A stretch of DNA of 21,679 nucleotides. Source: an archaeon. Its GTDB lineage: Archaea > B1Sed10-29 > WALL01. A program made the translations under genes and the position numbers. Each line of letters begins with the position of its first letter. Position 1 is the first letter of the stretch. Shown here one piece after another: positions 7,781-14,981 of this stretch. Where the stretch lies: the NCBI GenBank assembly GCA_042584585.1, contig JBHOSQ010000014.1, forward strand, positions 1 through 21,679, given 5' to 3'. A model generated the notes under the pieces. That model saw only the letters and a list, made by a program, of their open reading frames with translations, was not told the DNA's origin and did no database searches.

Positions 7781-9736
7781 CTAGGGCCCGCGACGGCGCC
7801 TGACGGGAGTCCTGCGTGGAGTCGGAGCCGGTGCGGGTGCGGGTGCGGGTGGTGCAGCAGGTGCGGGTGCCGGTGCGGCTGGCTCCATACTGAGCATATC
7901 ACCGCGTGTGCCGCCTGGCAAGATGAAGATGGTTTGGTCTTTATCCGCATAGATGTGCCCTTTTTCAGCCGCCGTTGTAACAATGGCCTTTACAAAGTCC
8001 TTTACCTGTTGGCCGTGAGTCTCCTCAATTTTCTTGAAGTCGAAAATATCTGTCGGCTTCGCTGCTCCATGCCTAGCCTTGCCAGCCAGTGTGCGCTTCT
8101 GCATGGCATTTTCTATCTCGCCCGCAGTGAAAGCACCTAGCGCAGTAGCAAGTACACCACCAGCAAGCCCAAACACTGTCGCAACTGGAAAGCGCTCTAG
8201 GGCATGCTGTGCTGGAATACCTTCCGAGCCTCCGCCGCCACCCGCGTTTTCATTGGGGGGAATCGACCAGTCTTCCTGGCCCTTGGGCACGCCGCTCTGC
8301 TGGCCAGAAGCCTTCTGCTCGTTTACGAGCTGTTCGGAAGTCTTGAACAACAGCTTAAGCGTGTCGCCAAACCCTTTGGTCTGGCCCATGTAAGCGCGCT
8401 CCAATTGGTCGAGCCTAATCTTAACAAGCCCTGCAATCCCGCCGGTCATTGCCGCATGGCCTGTCCAGGCCACGTTCATGACGCGTTCCGGAATATTGCG
8501 TGTGTGCTCTTCCACGGTTTTCGCGTAGTCCTCAGTGTAAAACTCTTTTGGGAAGACAAGCATGCCGACGTTATCGAAATTGTCCGGAAGAATGTCAAAA
8601 CCGGCGACAAAGACCCCGTTCGGGTTTTCATTCATCCGCCTCTTGGCTTTTTCGAATTCCGTAGTCGCCCTGTTGAGCTTCCGTTCCTCCTTAGGCTCGA
8701 GGCCACTCTTAGCCTCTTTCCGCATTAGCTTGTTGCTTATCTCATTGAATTTCAGTAAGTTCTTGGCTCCGCCCTTCTTGAACTGCGAGCGCATCCACAT
8801 AATGCTCGCGTTGTCGAACATGTAGCCGATGTCGCGGTAAACCGACTTCTCCGTGTGCAGGTCCTCAAGGCGCTTGGACATCTTCCAGAGCCAAGTCTGG
8901 TTTTTCTTGCCGGTTGGATTGGTGGGGTCCAACGCCAGATTATCAACGGTTATCAACTCGGATAGAGTATTGGCATTTTCCTTTGCGGGATCGTCCCAAG
9001 TACTAGTAGCATCGTAGTTCTTGATGAAATCCAGGTGTTTTACGAGCTTCTTCAGCAGATTGCTCCGCAGCATGCCTTCTTTTGTGCGGCGGTTTGCGCG
9101 GAGTTTGTCCTGTTCTACTGGTAAAAGCGTGTTTATTTCAGCCCGTGGCTTGGGCACTTGTATACTCTTTCCTGTGGAAAGCTTGGTTATTGTCTTATTC
9201 CCATCCGGGTCAGCCGGGCCAATCGCAACCTCCTTCAATCCGATTGGAGCAGCCTGCTCAGAATTGATTAGCCGTGTAACCATAAGCTCGACATCTTCAA
9301 CATGCCCCTCCTTTTTGGTTTTAGGCATAGTATTGTACTTCTCAGCGTCTTGTAGTATCTTGTTCAAGCCACGCTGGGACGTTAAAAGCGTTGTCTTGAA
9401 GCCGAAAACCGTGTCGCGAAGGGAAGTGAGGGCCTTCTTCTTGCCGTATGCTGTCCCTGTAGTCGCACCGGTCTCACCCTTTTGGATTGTGTCTATCTCG
9501 CTTTGGACCACGTTCTCCAGGTCCGTGTACTTCGCCCTGGCTGTCTCGTGCGCCAAAAACGTTTTGAACACTGCATTATATGCCTTACTGGCTGCCTTCG
9601 TGGTCTTCCATGCGCCACGCGCACTAGCCTTGTCCTCAAGCTTCTTGCCAGCCTCCCTCAGCCTCTGCCCGGGAATCACTGCAGCCCTAAGCCTGCTTGC
9701 CTGACGCCTGATTTTACCAGTACCTTTTCTAGCCAT
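7781..9736 (-). CDS. Large hypothetical protein (651 aa) with basic termini, one hydrophobic segment and a Pro/Ala tail
   Basis: Long ORF with AGGTG SD and TTTATAAA TATA upstream. No recognisable family. Confidence 0.85.
   Translation of the reverse strand: MARKGTGKIRRQASRLRAAVIPGQRLREAGKKLEDKASARGAWKTTKAASKAYNAVFKTFLAHETARAKYTDLENVVQSEIDTIQKGETGATTGTAYGKKKALTSLRDTVFGFKTTLLTSQRGLNKILQDAEKYNTMPKTKKEGHVEDVELMVTRLINSEQAAPIGLKEVAIGPADPDGNKTITKLSTGKSIQVPKPRAEINTLLPVEQDKLRANRRTKEGMLRSNLLKKLVKHLDFIKNYDATSTWDDPAKENANTLSELITVDNLALDPTNPTGKKNQTWLWKMSKRLEDLHTEKSVYRDIGYMFDNASIMWMRSQFKKGGAKNLLKFNEISNKLMRKEAKSGLEPKEERKLNRATTEFEKAKRRMNENPNGVFVAGFDILPDNFDNVGMLVFPKEFYTEDYAKTVEEHTRNIPERVMNVAWTGHAAMTGGIAGLVKIRLDQLERAYMGQTKGFGDTLKLLFKTSEQLVNEQKASGQQSGVPKGQEDWSIPPNENAGGGGGSEGIPAQHALERFPVATVFGLAGGVLATALGAFTAGEIENAMQKRTLAGKARHGAAKPTDIFDFKKIEETHGQQVKDFVKAIVTTAAEKGHIYADKDQTIFILPGGTRGDMLSMEPAAPAPAPAAPPAPAPAPAPTPRRTPVRRRRGP
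7830..7882 (-). repeat. Coding hexamer tandem repeat (GGTGCG)n encoding a (PA)n linker
   Basis: Imperfect GGTGCG/GGTGCC units translate as PAAPAPAPAAPPAPAPAPAP. Confidence 0.8.
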
Positions 9737-9778
9737 TATAACACCTTTAACGTTTGTTACTACTCTTGGGTAGTTACT

Positions 9779-9841
9779 TATTTATAAATATTTGCAATCT
9801 GGGTATACTCAGGACGTATATAAAAGCGTATTGCCGCAAAG
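9779..9841. promoter_or_regulatory. Divergent promoter region with several TATA-like elements
   Basis: Palindromic TATTTATAAATA (9779-9790) and TATATAAAA (~9817-9825) lie in an AT-rich gap between divergent genes. Confidence 0.6.
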
Positions 9842-9872
9842 CCATTTATATGCCGTGCTCGTATTACTGGCG

Positions 9873-11096
9873 ATGGCTTTGGAATCCCTGCTCATTCCCG
9901 CGGCCACTGGCGTGGTCGGCGTGGCCTTCGGGCTGGGCGCCTCGCTCATCGTGAGGCACAAGCCGAAAAAGCTCCCCCAAGCCGTGCCAAAGGACGCGTG
10001 GGAAAACCTGCGCGAGCTGACGAAGGACAGGGCTGAAATCGCTGCCAAGAAGAAGGCGCTCCATAGGGCTTATTCGGCGGGGTCGATTGAGGAACATTCT
10101 TTTGTAACCAAAGACTCGCACTACACAACGCTCATCGAGCACTTTGACGACGACATCGATAAAGCGGTGCTTGAGCTGAGCAAGGCGTTCCTTCCGGAGG
10201 AGCTGCAAAAGGGAGAGAAAAAATTGGAGCAGCTCAGCGACTTGGCGGTGCTATCGACAAAAATAGCGGAGCTGAAGGAAGACAAGAAGTCGCTTGACGA
10301 GGAGAGGGGCCAGCTTTACCTGCAATTAACAGAGGTGGAAGAAGACAAGAAGATGCACCTCGCCGAAAAAAACAGCCTCCAGGAAAAATACGAGAAGGAC
10401 AGCACGCGGCTCACCGAAATGACGGACTCCATCCAAACGCTCGAAAAGCAGCGCGTGGAGCTGGAAAGCAGGGTGGCTGGGATCCAGCCCAGGGACCAGA
10501 AAATAGCGACGCTCGAAAAAGAGAACCGCACGCTGCGCGACGGGCTCACGAACGCGAGGAACAAAATATTTGGCGCAGAAAAAGAGGTTGGGGTGCTCTC
10601 CGCGGTGATAGACCGGCACGCCAAGGAAATAGACGAGGGGAAAAAGCCGGACGACATGAAGACACTTGTGCAGCCCAACAACACTGGAATCAAGAAGCTC
10701 GTGAAAAAGTACACCAGCCCGGAGGCGGCGTACGAATACGTGAGGGACGAAATAGTCGAGGTACACCCGCAGGTAAGCGCGAGCTACTGGCTTGGCGTGG
10801 ACGACGTGATGCGACTTGGCGCGGCGGACCCGGACGACAAGGCAATACTTTTGTGCTCAATGATTCGTGCGCTGGGCGAAAGCGCGTGGGTGACCGTGCT
10901 CGAGATGAAGAATGGGTACCAGCGGGCGGTCGTGGTTACCGACGACCGTGTGCTAGACGCGGAAGAGACCAGGGACTACAGCGACTTCGTCGGGATGTCC
11001 GCCGAAGAGGCTATCCGGAAATACCGCTTCGACGGATTCCCCGTGAAAAAGATGCTTTTCAGGTTCAATGACAGCGAATACACCCCAGGAGAGTAG
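9873..11096 (+). CDS. Membrane-anchored coiled-coil protein with C-terminal transglutaminase-like domain
   Basis: N-terminal TM helix (LLIPAATGVVGVAFGLGASLIV), long E/K/L heptad region, and C-terminal AYEYVRDEI...YW....V...GAADPDDKAILLCSMIRALG. Confidence 0.8.
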   Translation: MALESLLIPAATGVVGVAFGLGASLIVRHKPKKLPQAVPKDAWENLRELTKDRAEIAAKKKALHRAYSAGSIEEHSFVTKDSHYTTLIEHFDDDIDKAVLELSKAFLPEELQKGEKKLEQLSDLAVLSTKIAELKEDKKSLDEERGQLYLQLTEVEEDKKMHLAEKNSLQEKYEKDSTRLTEMTDSIQTLEKQRVELESRVAGIQPRDQKIATLEKENRTLRDGLTNARNKIFGAEKEVGVLSAVIDRHAKEIDEGKKPDDMKTLVQPNNTGIKKLVKKYTSPEAAYEYVRDEIVEVHPQVSASYWLGVDDVMRLGAADPDDKAILLCSMIRALGESAWVTVLEMKNGYQRAVVVTDDRVLDAEETRDYSDFVGMSAEEAIRKYRFDGFPVKKMLFRFNDSEYTPGE

Positions 11097-11103
11097 GGGC
11101 ACA

Positions 11104-11146
11104 TTTAAAAAGGCAAGGATGGCTAATTTTACTCAATTAAGGAGGG
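11104..11146 (+). promoter_or_regulatory. TATA box and SD for the ferredoxin-GGR operon
   Basis: TTTAAAAA at 11104-11111; GGAGGG at 11141-11146. Confidence 0.6.
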
Positions 11147-11151
11147 ATAGG

Positions 11152-11331
11152 ATGCCCGCTGAAGTCGACAGGAGCAAATGCGCATGGTGTGGGGGCTGCA
11201 CCTCAGTGTGCCCGGTCCAAGCGCTGGAACTAAGAGGACAAATTCTGCACGTCTACACAGACAAGTGCATCGAGTGCGGGAACTGCGAAAAAGCCTGTCC
11301 AGTCGGAGCCATCAAGGTGGTGAAAAAATGA
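11152..11331 (+). CDS. 2x[4Fe-4S] ferredoxin
   Basis: CAWCGGCTSVCP and CIECGNCEKACP motifs; strong SD. Confidence 0.95.
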   Translation: MPAEVDRSKCAWCGGCTSVCPVQALELRGQILHVYTDKCIECGNCEKACPVGAIKVVKK

Positions 11332-12539
11332 ACTATGGCAAGGAATGGGACGTCATAGTCGTCGGCGCAGGGCCGGCGGGAAACAAAGCCGCGCAGGAGT
11401 TCGCCAAAAAAGACCTCAGCGTGCTCGTGATTGACAGGAAGCAGCAAATCGGCCCGCCAAAGCGATGCGGCGAAGGCCTGTCACAGCGCTGGATAAAAAT
11501 CGGTGGGCAGGAGCCTCACCCCAGGTGGGCGCTCCAAAAAATAACCACTGCACTCCTCGTCGCGCCAAACGGCGAAGAGATAAAGGTCAAGACCGGGCAA
11601 GACGGCTACATCCTGGAGAGAAGCCAGTGGGAAAAAATGGAGGCCGAGAAGGCAATCCGGCTCGGCGCCAAATACATGCTCAAGGCCCTTGTCAACGGGC
11701 TGATAATTGAAAACAAAAAAGTCGTTGGCGTCAAGGTAAGCCGGGAGGGCGCAGACGAGGAATACCGGTGCAAGCTCGTCATCGCGTGCGACGGCGTTGA
11801 CTCCCAGGTCGGAAGATACGCGGGAATGCGCACTGCGATGCCGCTAACAGAATGCGACTCCGGCTACCAATACGAAATGGCGAACGTGCCAATCAAGGAC
11901 CCGTACTGCATGGAGCTTTACTTCGGTAAAGACGTCGCGCCGAGGGGGTACATCTGGGTCTTTCCCAAGGGCAAGGACGTGGCCAACGTCGGGATAGGCA
12001 TCAGCAGCCTGGACCCCGCGACCGCGAAAGAATACCTGGACAAGTGGCTCAAGGCAAACAGCGACCGGTTCGGCCAGGCGTCCATAACAGAAATCAACGT
12101 GGGCGTGATTCCAGTCACGAAGCCGGCGGACGAGTTCTGCGGCGACGGAATAATGCTAATCGGTGACTCGGCAAGAATGGTTAACCCCATACACGGTGGC
12201 GGGATGGGCGCGGCGCTCGAGGCCGCCGCAATAGCCGCAAAAGTGGGCGCAGAAGCCATCAAGGCCGGCGACACAAGCAAGAAGAAGCTGAGCGCGTACC
12301 AGGACGAATGGGAAGAAGTGCGCGGCAAAGAATTCGCGAAGATCCTGCGTGTGAGGCACTTCGTCGAAAAGCTTGAGGACGAGCAGTTCAACCTGCTTGC
12401 CGACCTGGCGAAGAAGAACAAAATCGACCCAAATCAGTTCATCGGGCTCGGGCACGGCAAAGGGCTCGTGGACCTTGCGAAGGCGCTCGTCAAGGCATCA
12501 CCCAACGCGGCCAAGTTCGCAATGAGCTTCATCAAGTAA
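11328..12539 (+). CDS. Geranylgeranyl reductase (digeranylgeranylglycerophospholipid reductase)
   Basis: Motifs VVGAGPAG, P..CGEG, P.GY.W.FP, ANVGIG and GD.A..VNP..GGG. ATGA-coupled to the ferredoxin. Confidence 0.93.
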   Translation: MNYGKEWDVIVVGAGPAGNKAAQEFAKKDLSVLVIDRKQQIGPPKRCGEGLSQRWIKIGGQEPHPRWALQKITTALLVAPNGEEIKVKTGQDGYILERSQWEKMEAEKAIRLGAKYMLKALVNGLIIENKKVVGVKVSREGADEEYRCKLVIACDGVDSQVGRYAGMRTAMPLTECDSGYQYEMANVPIKDPYCMELYFGKDVAPRGYIWVFPKGKDVANVGIGISSLDPATAKEYLDKWLKANSDRFGQASITEINVGVIPVTKPADEFCGDGIMLIGDSARMVNPIHGGGMGAALEAAAIAAKVGAEAIKAGDTSKKKLSAYQDEWEEVRGKEFAKILRVRHFVEKLEDEQFNLLADLAKKNKIDPNQFIGLGHGKGLVDLAKALVKASPNAAKFAMSFIK

Positions 12540-12541
12540 GG

Positions 12542-13336
12542 ATGAAAATGAAGAAAAAAATCAAGTTCAAAACCCCGGTGGCCACACTGGTCCTCGCGGC
12601 CCTGCTGGTTCTTTTTTATTTTGTGGTCTCCGGCGGAAGCACGTATGTGACTCCGCTGTCAAGAATGTATCCACTCGGCGTCAGCAACGCCAACATGATT
12701 GGGTCCTTGACTTATACGTTCTCGCACATTGGGGTCAAGCATTTGCTCGGCAACCTAATGGCACTGCTGGTGTTCGGGACCATACTCGAACAAAAGCTGG
12801 ACAAGTGGCACGTCACCGGCATATTCCTGGTGAGCGGCGTCTTTGCGGGAGCGGTCTACACCGTAATCCACCCGGAGGTCTGGGTCGTCGGCGCGTCAGC
12901 CGCAATAGCCGGGCTGCTTGCGGCAGGCACGGTAACGAGCACGAAAAAAACGATTGCCGCGTTCGCAGCAGTAATTCTTCTCGTGCCAAACGTGATTCTC
13001 CCGACGTCAGACATAGCACTCGACACGCTTGAAAAATTCCGCGCCGGCCAAGCGGAAGAGGCACAGGTTAAGGTGGAGGAGCTCACGCAAGAGATTGAGG
13101 CGGGAGAATACACTCCTGAGACTGTTGAGCAGCGGGAGGCGGCGGCGCAAAAACAGAGCAAAGCCACACAGTCGGTGCAATCGCTGGAACAGGGAAGGGA
13201 GACCGAGGCCACTACGCCCGCGTCTTTCGAAATCCACATGCTTGGCGGGCTCTTCGCGCTCGCGTTCCTCTGGGCCTTCGACAGGGGTGCTGTGAACGGC
13301 TTCTGGAGGCGGTTCCTTGCCATTATCAAATCTTGA
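12542..13336 (+). CDS. Rhomboid-family intramembrane serine protease
   Basis: Motifs F.H....HL.GN, G..LE, GAS (Ser119) and H.LGGL.A (His232); multiple TM helices. Confidence 0.88.
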   Translation: MKMKKKIKFKTPVATLVLAALLVLFYFVVSGGSTYVTPLSRMYPLGVSNANMIGSLTYTFSHIGVKHLLGNLMALLVFGTILEQKLDKWHVTGIFLVSGVFAGAVYTVIHPEVWVVGASAAIAGLLAAGTVTSTKKTIAAFAAVILLVPNVILPTSDIALDTLEKFRAGQAEEAQVKVEELTQEIEAGEYTPETVEQREAAAQKQSKATQSVQSLEQGRETEATTPASFEIHMLGGLFALAFLWAFDRGAVNGFWRRFLAIIKS

Positions 13337-14312
13337 GGTGCACTGGGCAGTCCAGGAGATGCAGTGCATTGTCGGCACCCATTTCGACAAGATTTCTGAC
13401 CTTAGCAGCGGCTGGAAGCTCAAGTTCGGCAAGCAAGAAATCGCCGTGGAAGTCCCGGAGCGCATGCACTTGACGTGGCATAAGCAGCCGGCCAGTGCGC
13501 CGCACGGATTCACCCAATACTGCCGCAAGCACCTGCACGGGAAAGTCGTGAAAGTGTGGCAGCCCGGGTTCGACAGGGTCGTTGTCATCGAGCTGGACAG
13601 CGGGCAAAAAATCGTTTTCGAATTGTTCTCGAAAGGCAACGCCATTATGGTCGGGGCGGACGGGAAAACGGAAAAAACATTCCGTGGGGAAGAGTGGAAA
13701 GACCGCGTGCTCAAGCGCGGGGAAGAGTACTCGTTCCCGAAGTCAAAGAAGCTGGACCCGCGCGAGATGGCGGAAAAAGAGTTTGTTGGGTTGTTCGGGG
13801 AGAAGGACGTCATCCATTCGCTCGCCGCCGGGATAAACATGTCCGGGAAGTATTTGGAGCTGGCTTGCGTGAGGGCCGGCGTGGACAAGAACGCTTCGGG
13901 CCCGGGCAAGAAGCTGTTCGGCGAAATAAAAAAGATGCTTGAGGAATACGAGCCGGGAATCGACACCGTGCCGGTGGTCCAGAAGTTCAGCGACTCATTT
14001 GAGCCGAAGGAAACGTTCAGCGAGGCGCTGGACGAGTGCTTCGCAACCACCGAGGCGGACACCACCGCCTCGCAGCGCGTGGCCCGGAAAATCGCGAGCC
14101 AGGAAAAAGCCATCAAAGAGATGAGGGAGAAGCGTGCCGCAGCCAAAGAAAAAGGCGACGCGGTCTATTCCAACTGGCAAGAGCTTGAAGAGCTCATGGA
14201 AAACGTGAAAAAATGGCGCGAAAAAGGGAAGAGTTTTGACGAGATAAACCAAATGCTGGCAGGAAAAGCCTCCATTAACAAAAAGACGCACAAAATGACC
14301 GTGAAACTATGA
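13317..14312 (+). CDS. NFACT/Rqc2-like protein, N-terminal half only (331 aa)
   Basis: Motifs P.GF....RKHL.G, Q.GFDRVV...L, ELFSKGN, Y.FP, HhH-like SGKY..L.C.RAG and TFSEALDE.F, then a coiled coil (GD..Y.N...LEEL). No NFACT-R domain visible. Confidence 0.85.
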   Translation: MPLSNLEVHWAVQEMQCIVGTHFDKISDLSSGWKLKFGKQEIAVEVPERMHLTWHKQPASAPHGFTQYCRKHLHGKVVKVWQPGFDRVVVIELDSGQKIVFELFSKGNAIMVGADGKTEKTFRGEEWKDRVLKRGEEYSFPKSKKLDPREMAEKEFVGLFGEKDVIHSLAAGINMSGKYLELACVRAGVDKNASGPGKKLFGEIKKMLEEYEPGIDTVPVVQKFSDSFEPKETFSEALDECFATTEADTTASQRVARKIASQEKAIKEMREKRAAAKEKGDAVYSNWQELEELMENVKKWREKGKSFDEINQMLAGKASINKKTHKMTVKL

Positions 14313-14339
14313 AAAAAGCGTCATATTACGTAAATTTGA

Positions 14340-14357
14340 CGAAATGTTTATATATAT
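14340..14357 (+). promoter_or_regulatory. Canonical BRE+TATA promoter
   Basis: CGAAA-TG-TTTATATATAT. Confidence 0.75.
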
Positions 14358-14375
14358 CCGAGGATTAATAGTCTG

Positions 14376-14467
14376 TGGAGCGAGGGTGTCACGCTGAATC
14401 CTACCAAGAGCAGCGCAACGGTTCCCAAGAATCACCATACCCCCCTTCGCTCCATCCCATTTTTGGG
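14376..14467 (+). ncRNA. Candidate structured RNA / 5' leader (three-way junction), unclassified
   Basis: TGGAGCGA(14376-83)/TCGCTCCA(14447-54), GGGTGT/ATACCC, CGCTG/CAGCG and GGTTC-CCAA-GAATC, then CCCA-TTTT-TGGG. It starts at the expected TSS distance from the TATA box. Confidence 0.5.
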
Positions 14468-14488
14468 CTATAAGCGAGGTGTAAGTCA

Positions 14489-14644
14489 ATGCAGAAGTTA
14501 GACAGAGTTATCTCTCTTTATCAGGAGGGCAGTATCAGCCTCTTCGAGGCAGCGAGCAGCCTAGACATTCACCCCAGTGAATTGACCACAATAATGGTCG
14601 AAAAAACTCGTTTCAGCCCAATAGCGATTCGTCGACAACTATAA
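14489..14644 (+). CDS. Small UPF0175-like helix-turn-helix protein (51 aa; below the ORF-track cutoff)
   Basis: GAGGTG SD, then MQKLDRVISLYQEGSISLFEAASSLDIHPSELTTIMVEKTRFSPIAIRRQL*. 'LY.EG.ISL..AA..L' resembles the UPF0175 signature. Confidence 0.72.
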   Translation: MQKLDRVISLYQEGSISLFEAASSLDIHPSELTTIMVEKTRFSPIAIRRQL

Positions 14645-14873
14645 CGTCGCTCACGGCAAAAATTGCCTTGAACGGGACATTGATATAGCCGTCATCCTTC
14701 GGAAGGCCAACTGCAAGTTTGGAGTCGGTGGCCGGCTCTACCAGAAAAGTTTCTAGGTCGCCGCTTCGCTCATCGACCTGTATGTCGCTGAGCCTGCCAA
14801 TTTCTTCTCCCTTGTTAGTGATTACTCTTTTTCCACCGAGTTGTTTTGCGATTGCGAATTTTCTGGTTGCCAT
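14613..14873 (-). CDS. Standalone PRC-barrel protein (CdpB-like)
   Basis: L.GKRVITNKGEEIG.L.DI.VDE.SG.L....VEP...VPF.AI.AVSDVIVV; GGAGGG SD. Confidence 0.9.
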   Translation of the reverse strand: MATRKFAIAKQLGGKRVITNKGEEIGRLSDIQVDERSGDLETFLVEPATDSKLAVGLPKDDGYINVPFKAIFAVSDVIVVDESLLG

Positions 14874-14981
14874 ATGGCTCCCTCCGCAGTAATTAGTGTT
14901 CCTCAATATAAAAGCTTTTCTATTGGGTTTTCCGGCGAAATACAGCACCCTTTATAAGGAAAAATATTGCAAAATATAGTG

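Noticed and set aside
13007-14146. 379-aa minus-strand ORF and other long antisense ORFs (e.g. 5424..6212, 9021..9704, 6443..7039)
   Set aside because: They are shadows of well-supported genes on the opposite strand, with S/F/R-rich composition and no motifs.
14309-14369. Short ORF (MKKASYYV...) overlapping the NFACT stop as a frameshifted continuation
   Set aside because: Only ~19 codons, runs through the promoter and shows no NFACT similarity.
14391-14402. CGCTGAATCC resembles the 5' end of the c-di-AMP (ydaO) riboswitch
   Set aside because: The downstream conserved elements and second symmetric half are not visible. The region also does not match 5S rRNA, SRP RNA or a tRNA by eye.
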